DNA from: Pseudomonadota bacterium
Lineage (GTDB): Bacteria > Pseudomonadota > Gammaproteobacteria > Burkholderiales > SG8-39
Assembly: GCA_947455195.1 (NCBI GenBank)
Contig: CANGMI010000005.1
Span: forward strand, 128,609 to 192,608
Reading direction: 5' to 3'
Length of the DNA stretch: 64,000 nucleotides
Shown here: positions 25,121 through 34,098 of the stretch, one piece after another
How the letters are laid out: the number at the start of each line of letters is the position of its first letter
How positions within the stretch are numbered: position 1 is the stretch's first letter
Position numbers and translations under genes: made by a program
Notes under the pieces: model-generated
The model's database searches: none
Seen by the model: the letters and a program-made list of their open reading frames with translations, nothing else
Told to the model about the DNA's origin: nothing

Positions 25121-26102
25121 TACGGCCGGTGCGTGCGATCGACAGGAGCGATGCGATCGCGGCCAGCAGGGCGCCCAGTGCGGTGAGTGCCCCGGTCAGT
25201 TCGGTCCGCTCCTGCCTTCTCAGGGCCAGTCGGGCGGCGATCTGCCGGTAGACCTCACCAAATGCCTCGGGGCTGTCGGCACGGAAGAATTCGCCGGCGC
25301 TCATTCGCGCGATCTTGCGCAGCGGTTCCTCATCGAGACGAACCCGCATCGACCAGCCCTTGGTCGTGACGATCGCTCCGTCGCGACTTCCCACGCCGAT
25401 GGTATGGACACGCACGCCGTGGCGGGCTGCCAGTTCGGCTGCCTTGAGGACATCAGGACCGGTGTTGCTCTGGCCGTCGGAGATCAGCACGATGGCCAGC
25501 GAGTCGCGTGAGCCGGGTTCGACCGGTTCCTGTTCGGGTGGCGGGGTCGCGCCCTCGGCGGTACCCTGGGCAGGATCCGACCGCCGTGACTGTCCGGTGA
25601 TGAAGGCTTCGACGTCGATCTGGGCCTCGGGCAGCAAGGTGGCGAGGGCCAGTACCAGTCCGCTGCCCAGTGCGGTACCCCGTTGCAATTGCAGGCGCTC
25701 CAGCGCCCGGTGCAGCTCCTCGCGATTCCGCGTCGGCGACTGCACGATCGCTGCGGTGCCAGCGACCGAGACGATGCCGACCCTGACCGCAGAGGGCTGT
25801 TCGTCGATGAAGCGCCCGGCGGCCTGGAGCGCAACGGTCAGCCGGTCGGGCTTGAGATCATCGGCTCTCATGCTGCCCGAGATGTCGATGGCGAGCATCA
25901 GGGCGTCGGCCCTCACCGGCACGGCCAGCGGCACCTGAGGGCGTGCCATCGCGACCATCAGGCAGCCGAGCGCCAGCAGATGCAAGGCCGGGCAGACCCA
26001 GTCGCGCCGGGCGCGCAGCAGCCAATAAGCCGCCACAGGAAGGAGTGCGAGACTCCAGAGGAGCATCGGCCACAGGGCATTGGCCTCGCGCCAGGCAATC
26101 AT
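25113..26102 (-). CDS. VWA domain-containing membrane protein (BatA/BatB-like)
   Basis: N-terminal TM pair, MIDAS DISGSM, ...GTALGSGL..A, SDGQSNTG and a C-terminal TM. A 4-nt overlap joins it to the DUF58 gene. Confidence 0.85.
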   Translation of the reverse strand: MIAWREANALWPMLLWSLALLPVAAYWLLRARRDWVCPALHLLALGCLMVAMARPQVPLAVPVRADALMLAIDISGSMRADDLKPDRLTVALQAAGRFIDEQPSAVRVGIVSVAGTAAIVQSPTRNREELHRALERLQLQRGTALGSGLVLALATLLPEAQIDVEAFITGQSRRSDPAQGTAEGATPPPEQEPVEPGSRDSLAIVLISDGQSNTGPDVLKAAELAARHGVRVHTIGVGSRDGAIVTTKGWSMRVRLDEEPLRKIARMSAGEFFRADSPEAFGEVYRQIAARLALRRQERTELTGALTALGALLAAIASLLSIARTGRII

Positions 26103-27187
26103 GGGTGACGACCCTGACGACCTCGAGTCGTCCCCGGCGCAACGCCTGCCGATGCTGCGCGGGTCGGGGATCGGTGCCCCGGCGCGCCACCGCCGGCCGC
26201 CAGACGCGCGCGCTGCCGGCGCAGGCGCGCAAAGGCGAGCAAGGCCTGATCGATCGGTTCGGCAGTGGCCAGTTCGAGGCCATCGACCCCTGCGGCGACG
26301 AGGCTCTGGCGCAGTGCTGTCTCGCGTTCGACGCTGGCCTGGGCAAAACGCCGCCTGAAGTGCCGGTCACCCGCATCGACCAGCAACTGTTCCCCGCTTT
26401 CGGCGTCCTGCATCAGGACCAGCCCGAGATCGGGTAGCGTGGCTTCGAGCGGGTCGTGCAGGCGAACGGCAATGACCTCGTGCCGGCGTGACAATCGTGC
26501 CAGGGCCTGTTCCCACCCGGGCGGGCTCAGAAAATCCGACACCAGGATCACCAGCGAGCGTTGACGCAGCATGCCGGCAGTCCGAAGGAGCAGGCCGGTC
26601 AGATCGGTCTGACGCGCTCGTGTTCCGTCGGGGTCCCGCGCGGTGGGCTCTTGCCCGGGGGGCGCGAGGACTGCATCGATCAGGCGCAGCAGGTGCCCCC
26701 GACTGGTGCCGCCCGGAATGACGCGTTCGCTCGGTCCGCCGTGGCCGTGCAGCACCGCCCCGACGCGATTGCCATGCCGCGCGAACAGTCGTGCGAGCAC
26801 GGCGACCAGTCGTGCCGAGACATCGCGCTTGCGCAGGCCGGTCGTGCCGAAATCGACCGAAGCCGACAGATCGAGCAGGAACCACACGCACAGCGAGCGA
26901 TCCTCTTCGAATTCGCGCACCTGAGGCTCGGCCGAGCGCGCAGTAGCGTTCCAGTCGATCCGCCGCACATCATCGGTGGGCTGGTATTCGCGCAGGTCGG
27001 CCAGATCGAGTCCGCTGCCGCGCAGTAGCGTCCGGTAATCACCGAGCAGCAGACCGTCCAGTCGCCGGATCACCGTCCACTCCAGTTCGCGCAGCAGGTG
27101 CTCGGCATCGATGCCCGAGCGCAGTCGCGCGCCCGGTGCGGGCGCGGGGGGCGTGACGACGTCAGCTCGCCGCCGGAACCGGAACAT
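26099..27187 (-). CDS. DUF58 domain-containing protein
   Basis: G.Y+....GSGLDLADLREYQPTDDVRRIDWNATAR is the DUF58 signature. It is positioned between MoxR and VWA as in Bat-type operons. The ATG at 27187 overlaps the moxR end by 26 nt. Confidence 0.85.
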   Translation of the reverse strand: MFRFRRRADVVTPPAPAPGARLRSGIDAEHLLRELEWTVIRRLDGLLLGDYRTLLRGSGLDLADLREYQPTDDVRRIDWNATARSAEPQVREFEEDRSLCVWFLLDLSASVDFGTTGLRKRDVSARLVAVLARLFARHGNRVGAVLHGHGGPSERVIPGGTSRGHLLRLIDAVLAPPGQEPTARDPDGTRARQTDLTGLLLRTAGMLRQRSLVILVSDFLSPPGWEQALARLSRRHEVIAVRLHDPLEATLPDLGLVLMQDAESGEQLLVDAGDRHFRRRFAQASVERETALRQSLVAAGVDGLELATAEPIDQALLAFARLRRQRARLAAGGGAPGHRSPTRAASAGVAPGTTRGRQGRHP

Positions 27188-28175
27188 GGCTCTCCAGCGG
27201 CTTGGTCGGACGCGCAATCGTGGCAAGGATGGTGAGGATCAGCGAATCGCTGGTCTGCTGCTCGGCCAGCGCCTCATATGAAAGGATCAGGCGGTGGCGC
27301 AGGACATCGGGGGCGAGGTCGACGATATCCTCGGGCAGCACATGCTGGCGACCGCGCAGGAAGGCCAGCGCGCGCGCGCCCTCGATCAGTCCGATGCTCG
27401 CCCGCGGGCTCGCGCCAAACGTGATGAATCGCTCGATGCCTGCCAGGCCGAACCGGGCGGGCGCGCGGGTCGCCGCGACGAGTCGTACTGCATAGTTCAT
27501 CAGGCTCGGGTCGACATACACCGCGCGGCAGGCGGCTTGCAGCGCCAGCAGGTCGGCGGTTTCGGCGACTGCCGATACCGCCTGTGCCGGACCGGTGACC
27601 CGCTGCACGATGACGAACTCCTCCTCCTCGGTCGGATAGTCAACCAGAACCTTCATCATGAAACGGTCGACCTGGGCTTCGGGCAGGGGATAGGTGCCTT
27701 CGGTCTCGATCGGGTTCTGCGTGGCCATCACGAGGAAGGGCACCGGCACCGGATGGGTCTGGCCGGCGATCGTGACCTGACGCTCCTGCATGACTTCGAG
27801 GAGGGCGCTCTGGACCTTGGCCGGGGCCCGGTTGATCTCGTCAGCCAGCACCAGATTCGCAAACACCGGGCCGAGAACCGTGCTGAATTCTCCTGTCTTC
27901 TGGCTGTACATGCGGGTGCCCACCAGATCGGCCGGCAGCAGGTCGGGCGTGAACTGGATACGCCGGAAACTGCCGCGGACGACTTTGGCGAGGGTGTTCA
28001 CCGTCAGGGTCTTGGCCAGCCCCGGGACACCTTCGACCAGCAGGTGGCCACCGGCCAGAATCGCGACCAGGATCCGTTCCAGGAAGTGGTCCTGGCCGAC
28101 CACCACGCGCTTCACCTCGTAGAGCACGTGCTGCATCAGGTCGGCGCTCGCCTGCGCGCCGGCGGGGTCATTCAT
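27162..28175 (-). CDS. MoxR-family AAA+ ATPase
   Basis: VVGQDHFLERILVAILAGGHLLVEGVPGLAKT, ..RIQFTPDLLPAD..G, LADEINRAPAKVQSALLE.M.E.QVT..G and FLVMATQNP.E.EGTYPLPEAQ.DRF. AGGAGA lies before the ATG at 28175. Confidence 0.95.
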   Translation of the reverse strand: MNDPAGAQASADLMQHVLYEVKRVVVGQDHFLERILVAILAGGHLLVEGVPGLAKTLTVNTLAKVVRGSFRRIQFTPDLLPADLVGTRMYSQKTGEFSTVLGPVFANLVLADEINRAPAKVQSALLEVMQERQVTIAGQTHPVPVPFLVMATQNPIETEGTYPLPEAQVDRFMMKVLVDYPTEEEEFVIVQRVTGPAQAVSAVAETADLLALQAACRAVYVDPSLMNYAVRLVAATRAPARFGLAGIERFITFGASPRASIGLIEGARALAFLRGRQHVLPEDIVDLAPDVLRHRLILSYEALAEQQTSDSLILTILATIARPTKPLESHVPVPAAS

Positions 28176-28212
28176 GAGGGTCTCCTGATCATGAGGGGCT
28201 GTGCTTGCGTGT

Positions 28213-29118
28213 CTAGAACGGGGGGATGCCGACCGCGCTGCCAGCCGACTCGATGGTGGTGGCAAAGCCGATGCCAATGAAGGTGTGGGATTCGCCCGGG
28301 TTGAGGATGGCGGTGACGATACCCACCACATCTCCGTCGAGTGTCACCAGCGGCCCGCCCGAATTGCCCGGATTGGCCGCGGCGTCGAACTGGATGAGAC
28401 CGCTCAGGGTCTGTCCGCTCGCGGGGCTTCGAAACGCACGCTGCAGGCCCGACACGACGCCCGCGGATACCGATGGACCGATACCGAAGGGAAAACCGAC
28501 TGCCACCACCTCGTCACCTGGGCGCAGGGATGCGCTGGCGCCCAGCGTGGCGGCGGGCAGGTCATCGGGTACGGTCTTTGCCCGGATCACGGCCAGATCC
28601 TTCTCGGGCTGCGCTGCGATCACGGTCGCCTCACTGGTCGAGCCGTCATGGAAGGTCACCTCGAGCCGGTCGGCTCCCTGGATCACATGCAGATTGGTCA
28701 GGATGGTGCCGTCGTCGACCACCATCACACCGGTGCCCACGCCGCGTTCCTTGCCTTCCGCGCTGTCTGATCGGGGGTCGCGCACGAAACTGCGAACCCG
28801 GACCACGGACTGGCGCACGGCCTCGGCGGCGCGCGCAGTGCGCGACGGCAGGCTTGATTCCTCGAACGTCCGCCGCACGGCCGCATCGATCCAGGCCTGA
28901 TCGGGAAGCGGCGCGCGCGCGGGCACTCGAGTGTGGAGCAGGAGCGCCAGCAGGGCGAGCAGCAGGGCCATGCTGCCGGCCAGCCCCGGGGCGTGCAGCC
29001 GCCAGGCCCCGGGTAGCCCGAAGCGTCGGGTCCGTGCAGGAGGCGGCTCGCTCGGGGAGGCCGTGGCGGCGCTGCTCGAGGCGATCGGGGTGCTGCGGTA
29101 GAGAACGGCGCGTTTCAT
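28213..29118 (-). CDS. Trypsin-like (S1C) serine protease, N-terminal membrane anchor, no PDZ domain
   Basis: Catalytic triad contexts are TNLHVI (His), KDLAVI (Asp) and GNSGGPLV (Ser). A hydrophobic anchor LAGSMALLLALLALLL follows a cytoplasmic Pro/Ser-rich tail. The protein ends right after the protease domain. Confidence 0.85.
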   Translation of the reverse strand: MKRAVLYRSTPIASSSAATASPSEPPPARTRRFGLPGAWRLHAPGLAGSMALLLALLALLLHTRVPARAPLPDQAWIDAAVRRTFEESSLPSRTARAAEAVRQSVVRVRSFVRDPRSDSAEGKERGVGTGVMVVDDGTILTNLHVIQGADRLEVTFHDGSTSEATVIAAQPEKDLAVIRAKTVPDDLPAATLGASASLRPGDEVVAVGFPFGIGPSVSAGVVSGLQRAFRSPASGQTLSGLIQFDAAANPGNSGGPLVTLDGDVVGIVTAILNPGESHTFIGIGFATTIESAGSAVGIPPF

Positions 29119-29326
29119 GGACAAGACCCTGTCAGAAGCGACAGCGTAGCGCGTTGCGGGCTTGCCGTGTCGGTCTCGACCCGGGCGATCGCGGCGCGAC
29201 TCGTATCCAGGGCGGCATGCCGGAGGCGGGTATGGGCTGGAGTGCACGCCAGACTGTGCGCTACAGTGCACGGGTCGCGGCGCATTCGTGCCGGAGCGTT
29301 GCGCGTTCATCGTGGAGAGTCCTGGG

Positions 29327-30406
29327 ATGCGTTTCCTGTGGCCTGAGATGTTGTGGCTGCTGGCGCTCTTGCCACTGGCCGTTCTGGTGTACCTGCGCCT
29401 TCTGCGCCGGCGCCGGCGCGAGGCGCTGAGCTACTCGAGCCTTGCCCTGGTCAGGGTCGCGCTCGGGCGTGGCGGACGCTGGCGGCGCCACGTGCCTCCC
29501 GCCCTGGTGCTTGCCGCGGTTGCGGCTGCCTTGCTGGCTGCGGCGCGTCCGAGTGCCGTGGTTACCTTGCCGTCGGATCAAATCACGCTCGTGATGGCGA
29601 TGGATGTGTCGCGCAGCATGCTTGCCACTGACGTCAACCCCAACCGCATCACCGCAGCCCAGGCGGCGGCGCGTACCTTTATCGGCGAGTTGCCCGACAA
29701 CGTGCGACTGGGCATCGTTTCCTTTGCCGCATCGGCCTCTGTGGTTCAGACCCTGACCGATCGGCGCGAGGACCTGCTGGCGGCGATCGACCGGTTCGAG
29801 TTGCAGCGCGGGACGGCGACGGGCAGCGGGTTGCTGGTGGCCTTGTCGATGTTGCGCCCCGATGCGGGTATCGATCTCGAGTCGGCGATCTTCGGCGAGG
29901 GGTTCTCGCGGCGGCGGCGCGACGAATCGGCACAGCGCCCGGCCGCCCCCGCCCCGCCCGCCGCTTTGGCGCCGGTGCTGCCGGGTTCGTGGACGCGCGG
30001 GGCGATCGTGCTGCTGTCCGATGGCCGGCGTACGACCGGACCTGACCCGATCGAGGCCGCCAAGCGCGCCGCCGATCTCGGGGTCCGGGTACACACCGTG
30101 GGTTTCGGCACCCGTGACGGCGGCGAGATTCCAGGGATGGGTGGGTATTCGTTCTGGGCGCGGCTCGACGAGGACACCCTCAAGGAGATTGCCCGCATCA
30201 CCGACGGTCGGTATGCGTTTGCCGGCACGGCGCAGGATCTGGCCAAGGTGTTCGAGAACCTGCATTCGCAGATGGGGCTCGAGCGTGAGGAGACCGAGAT
30301 TGGCGCCTTGCTGGCGGCCTGTGCGGCGGTTCTTCTCGTTCTGGCACTGGGGCTCTCGTTGCGCTGGTTCTACCGGCCGGGATCGATGCCGCGGCAGGGT
30401 GCATGA
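29327..30406 (+). CDS. VWA domain-containing membrane protein (BatA/BatB-like), divergent from the protease-moxR operon
   Basis: MRFLWPEMLWLLALLPL..L.YL, MIDAS DVSRSM, GTATGSGL, SDGRRTTG and a C-terminal TM. GGAGAG lies before the ATG at 29327. Confidence 0.85.
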   Translation: MRFLWPEMLWLLALLPLAVLVYLRLLRRRRREALSYSSLALVRVALGRGGRWRRHVPPALVLAAVAAALLAAARPSAVVTLPSDQITLVMAMDVSRSMLATDVNPNRITAAQAAARTFIGELPDNVRLGIVSFAASASVVQTLTDRREDLLAAIDRFELQRGTATGSGLLVALSMLRPDAGIDLESAIFGEGFSRRRRDESAQRPAAPAPPAALAPVLPGSWTRGAIVLLSDGRRTTGPDPIEAAKRAADLGVRVHTVGFGTRDGGEIPGMGGYSFWARLDEDTLKEIARITDGRYAFAGTAQDLAKVFENLHSQMGLEREETEIGALLAACAAVLLVLALGLSLRWFYRPGSMPRQGA

Positions 30407-30467
30407 GGCCTGGTGCGTTCCTTCTCAGTGACGCCGCCAGTCTCGACTCGATGCAGGCCCGTGGTCG

Positions 30468-31544
30468 CTACGGGACGATCGCGAGGAACAGGAAGGCCAG
30501 AAAGACGACCAGGTGGATGGCGCCCTGCATCATGCTCGTGCGCCCGTGAACCAGCGTGATGCCCGCTACCCCGAAGGTCAGCGCGAGCAGTACGAGATCC
30601 TTTGCGTTCAAGCCGAGCGTGAGCGGCAGGTGGAGCCAGACGGCTGCGATGGCAACCGCGGGTACCGTGAGCCCGATGCTGGCCAGCGCCGATCCCAGCG
30701 CCAGATTCAGGCTGGTCTGCAGGCGATCGGCATGGGCCGCCCTCACTGCGGCGATGGTCTCGGGCAGCAGCACGAGAAGCGCGATGGCGATGCCGAGAAC
30801 CGCGGGCGGTGCACCTGCCTTCGCAAGACCGTCTTCGATGGACGGTGACAACAGCTTGGCAAGGCCCACTACCCCGATGAGGCAGACCAGCAACGCGAGC
30901 ATGCTGAGGGATGCCTGAGCCCGGGTGGGCGGCGCCGCATGAGCCTGCTCGTTCGTGATGTCGTCCTCCGGCAGGAAGTAGTCCCGGTGCCGGATGGTCT
31001 GAAAAAAGGTGAAGACGCACCACAGGCCCATCGATGAAATGGCGACGAACACGAGCTGCGATGACGTATAGGTGCCCACGGGCGAACTGGTGGTGAAGGT
31101 CGGCAAGACCAGTGTGAGCGTCGACAGGGCCATCAGCGCGGCCAGCGCCGGGCCGACGCTCTCGACCCGGAACGACTGCTCACGGTGCCGAATTCCGCCC
31201 GCAAACAGACACAATCCGGTCACGCCGTTGCCGATGATCATGATGGCGGCGAACAAGGTGTCTCGCGCCAGTTCGGGTGCCGGCTCGTCGCTTGCGTTGA
31301 GCATCATGGACAGGATCAGGGCAACCTCGATCACTGTCACTGCCAGAGCCAGCACCAACGTCCCCAGGGGCTCGCCGACGCGATGGGCTACGACTTCAGC
31401 ATGGTGCACGGCCGAGAAGACGGCGAGGATCAGGACGATTGCACCGAACGACAAGCCCCACACGCTCTCCAGCAGGGCGCTCGTGGCGCCGGCAATCAGC
31501 GTCGCCAGCGCAACTGGGGGAGCAACCAGATGGGATTTCTGCAC
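30468..31544 (-). CDS. chaA: Calcium/proton antiporter (CaCA family, ChaA-like)
   Basis: About 11 TM protein. It has the duplicated alpha-repeat pattern (HHAEVVAHRVGEPLGTLVLALAVTVIEV ... ETIAAVRAA..DRLQTSLNLALGSALASI) typical of ChaA. Confidence 0.8.
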   Translation of the reverse strand: MQKSHLVAPPVALATLIAGATSALLESVWGLSFGAIVLILAVFSAVHHAEVVAHRVGEPLGTLVLALAVTVIEVALILSMMLNASDEPAPELARDTLFAAIMIIGNGVTGLCLFAGGIRHREQSFRVESVGPALAALMALSTLTLVLPTFTTSSPVGTYTSSQLVFVAISSMGLWCVFTFFQTIRHRDYFLPEDDITNEQAHAAPPTRAQASLSMLALLVCLIGVVGLAKLLSPSIEDGLAKAGAPPAVLGIAIALLVLLPETIAAVRAAHADRLQTSLNLALGSALASIGLTVPAVAIAAVWLHLPLTLGLNAKDLVLLALTFGVAGITLVHGRTSMMQGAIHLVVFLAFLFLAIVP

Positions 31545-31643
31545 GTGGATTCAGCCACAGTGGGGCCGCGTGAGCGATTTGTGCTCAGTCTACCCCGGTG
31601 GGTGCGCATCGCCAACACGACGGGGGTCTGGTGACAGGGTGCG

Positions 31644-31925
31644 TCAGACGTGATTCGAGAAGATCCCGAGCCTGATCGACCGGTCGTGCTGCGGTACCTC
31701 GACCAGCGCCCCCCAGGCCAGGTGGAGGCCGACCATAAAGAGGAGCGACACGAACCCCTGGTGCTGCAAGGCTGCGGCACGGCAGTTGTAGCCGCTGGAG
31801 CCGGCGGTGCCGGTGATGGGCTTGCGTTCGCTGCCGTCATCGAGGGCGGCATTGCGTGCGGCATGCTGGTCATGGGTGCCTGCGCTCGAATTTCGCCCCG
31901 CGTCGATGGCGCATCTGCGGTGCAT
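31644..31925 (-). CDS. Hypothetical protein (one predicted TM), divergent from flp
   Basis: No family was recognised. By-eye codon check: third positions on the minus frame are almost all G/C, whereas the co-phased plus ORF (31650-32000) is much less biased. GGAGCGGAG lies before the ATG at 31925, with an alternative start at 31991. Confidence 0.35.
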   Translation of the reverse strand: MHRRCAIDAGRNSSAGTHDQHAARNAALDDGSERKPITGTAGSSGYNCRAAALQHQGFVSLLFMVGLHLAWGALVEVPQHDRSIRLGIFSNHV

Positions 31926-32019
31926 CAACAGGATCTCCGCTCCCGCTTGTTTCAGCGCAAGGTGCTCGCGCCAGTCCTCCCCAGAATGCAACGGTCGTGA
32001 AAACCAAGGGGAGGATCAC

Positions 32020-32226
32020 ATGTACACGCACGCAGTATTGGCGAGACGTGCAATGCGTTTCGCGCATGACGAGGAAGGGGCGCAGGTCGTCGAGTACGCC
32101 CTGATCATCGCTGTCGTTTCCATCACGCTCGTACTTGCCCTCGGCGACAGCACGACTGGCCTGACGTCCAAGGCTACGTCCTTCCTGAGCCGCATCGGTA
32201 CCTGCTTCACGAGTTCCACCTGCTAG
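32020..32226 (+). CDS. flp: Flp-family type IVb pilin (copy 1)
   Basis: Prepilin motif DEEG/AQVVEYALIIAVVSI (G/XXXXEY). 68 aa, with AAGGGGAGGA upstream of the start. Confidence 0.9.
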   Translation: MYTHAVLARRAMRFAHDEEGAQVVEYALIIAVVSITLVLALGDSTTGLTSKATSFLSRIGTCFTSSTC

Positions 32227-32287
32227 CAATGCCATACCGGCATCGCTCGCATCTTCATTGCCCCAACCACCACAAGGAGAAGTCTGA

Positions 32288-32485
32288 ATGAACCCGTTCA
32301 TGCATGCAGTGAAGCGCCTCGCCTGCGATGAAGAAGGCGCGCAGGTCGTCGAATATGCCCTGATCATCGCCGTCGTGTCGATCGCACTCGTGCTTGCGCT
32401 CGGCAACAGCACGACGGGCATCTCGAGCAAGTTCGCGTCGTTCGTGACGCGAATCGGTACGTGCCTGTCGACCGGGACCTGCTGA
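32288..32485 (+). CDS. flp: Flp-family type IVb pilin (copy 2)
   Basis: It has the same motif, DEEG/AQVVEYALIIAVVSI. 65 aa, with AAGGAGAAG upstream of the start. The core DNA is near-identical to copy 1. Confidence 0.9.
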   Translation: MNPFMHAVKRLACDEEGAQVVEYALIIAVVSIALVLALGNSTTGISSKFASFVTRIGTCLSTGTC

Positions 32486-32563
32486 GTTGAGGCCCCGTGA
32501 CATGTGGCGTCGGTCGTCTTGCCAAGGGGGCCGGACCCGGGCTGGTGTCGCGGGGCATCGCGC

Positions 32564-33160
32564 ATGAGCGGCACGAGTTCGGCTGCTGGTGCCGTGCTCG
32601 AGTTGCTGGTCATGCTCGTCGCAGACCCGCGCAGCGGTGTTCTATGCGCTCTCCTTTTGCTGGCCGCGCTGATCGACGCGCGTACCCATCGCATTCCCAA
32701 TCGCCTCGTGATCGCGGGCCTGTGCTACGCCCTCGCGATCGACGCGCTGCGGCCGCATTTCGGCCAGTGGCCTCTGGTCATGGCGCTGGGCGGACTCGCC
32801 ACGGGGTTCCTTCTCATGCTGCCGATGCATCTGCTCGGTGCGATGGGGGCTGGCGACGTGAAGCTCATGGCCATGGCAGGCAGCTTTCTGGGCGCCTCCG
32901 GCACCGTGGCGGCCCTGCTGTGGACCTGGGCCATCGGTGGCGCGCTGGCCATCGTTCACGTGCTCCGGCACGGTACTGCGCGCCGGTTCTGCCGCAACGT
33001 CGCCAGTCTTCTGCAGGGCGGTTTTCTGGACGCGGCGGTCGGTGTTCGCCCGCAGCTTCGTATCAAACCGGGGACTTCGGCAGGGCGACTCCCGTACGGC
33101 GTTTCGATTGCGCTCGGAACGAGCGCGCATCTGGTGTCGCAGCAACTCGGATTCACCTGA
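32564..33160 (+). CDS. cpaA: A24-family prepilin peptidase (CpaA/TadV)
   Basis: The two Asp motifs are present (LIDARTHRIPN and GAMGAGDVKLMA) in a polytopic protein. The start is uncertain (32504 or 32564). Confidence 0.85.
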   Translation: MSGTSSAAGAVLELLVMLVADPRSGVLCALLLLAALIDARTHRIPNRLVIAGLCYALAIDALRPHFGQWPLVMALGGLATGFLLMLPMHLLGAMGAGDVKLMAMAGSFLGASGTVAALLWTWAIGGALAIVHVLRHGTARRFCRNVASLLQGGFLDAAVGVRPQLRIKPGTSAGRLPYGVSIALGTSAHLVSQQLGFT

Positions 33161-33205
33161 GACGGTTTGCAGTTCGGCAACGGCAGGATCAGTCAGGGGA
33201 TGACA

Positions 33206-34054
33206 ATGAAGAACAGGCAGGCACTCCGGATGCTCACCGTCTCGGCCATGCTCGGCCTTGTCGTGGCGTTTCTCGCTGCAGGTCATGTGGCGCAACCGCT
33301 GACGCCCGTTGCTCGTGTCGTCGTCTCCACGGCCGATCTGGATCCGGGCACGCGATTGAACGAACACATGCTGAGTGTCATCGACTGGCCCCGAGGCAGT
33401 GTCCCTGAGGGGACTTTTGCCGATATCGAGACCCTGCGCGACCGCGTGTTGCGCACCTCGGTGCAGCGAGGCGAACCCCTGTTCGCCGCCAAGCTGGCGG
33501 CACCGGGAGCGCTCGGCGGCCTCTCGGCCGTCATCACCGAAGGCAAGCGCGCCATGACGGTCCGGGTGAACGATGTGGTCGGAGTCGCCGGGTTCGCCTT
33601 GCCCGGCAACTATGTTGACATCCTGGTCAATGCGCGGCGCGAGGCCGCGGGTGACGGGGCTTCAGTCACGCTCAGCCGGGTCGTGCTCGAGCAGGTTCTG
33701 GTGCTCGCGGTCGCGCAGGAAGCGAGGCGCGATGAAACCCAGCCTCGAGTCGTGAACGCGGTCACGCTCGAGGTCTCGCCGACCGAGGCCGAGAAACTCG
33801 ATCTTGCCCGCAATGTCGGAACCCTCTCGCTCGTGCTGCGCAATCAGGCAGATCGCACGCCCGTCAGTTCGGCAGGTGTCACGGCAGGCCAGCTCCTTGG
33901 CCAGACGAGCGGCGAGCACCGTGCCCCGGCACCGCCACCACGGCCCGCGCCGGTACTCGCGCGTACCGGGCCCACGCCGCTCGCGCCCGACGCGCCCAGA
34001 ACGAATTGCGTCGAGATCATCGGTCAGGGATTCCGCGGCTGGAACTGCTTCTGA
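33206..34054 (+). CDS. cpaB: Flp pilus assembly protein CpaB/RcpC
   Basis: N-terminal TM, a SAF-like segment (VVVSTADLDPGTRLNEHML) and an RcpC segment (GFALPGNYVDILV). AGGGGA lies 6 nt before the ATG at 33206. Confidence 0.85.
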   Translation: MKNRQALRMLTVSAMLGLVVAFLAAGHVAQPLTPVARVVVSTADLDPGTRLNEHMLSVIDWPRGSVPEGTFADIETLRDRVLRTSVQRGEPLFAAKLAAPGALGGLSAVITEGKRAMTVRVNDVVGVAGFALPGNYVDILVNARREAAGDGASVTLSRVVLEQVLVLAVAQEARRDETQPRVVNAVTLEVSPTEAEKLDLARNVGTLSLVLRNQADRTPVSSAGVTAGQLLGQTSGEHRAPAPPPRPAPVLARTGPTPLAPDAPRTNCVEIIGQGFRGWNCF

Positions 34055-34098
34055 ATGCGCCAGGTGTTGGCGTCTCGCGTGAACGAAGGGGAGGGAAC

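Noticed and set aside
31650-32000. 116-aa plus-strand ORF (GTG start) upstream of flp
   Set aside because: It shares the triplet phase with the minus-strand ORF 31644-31991. By-eye third-position G/C is clearly higher for the minus frame, so the plus ORF is taken as the shadow.
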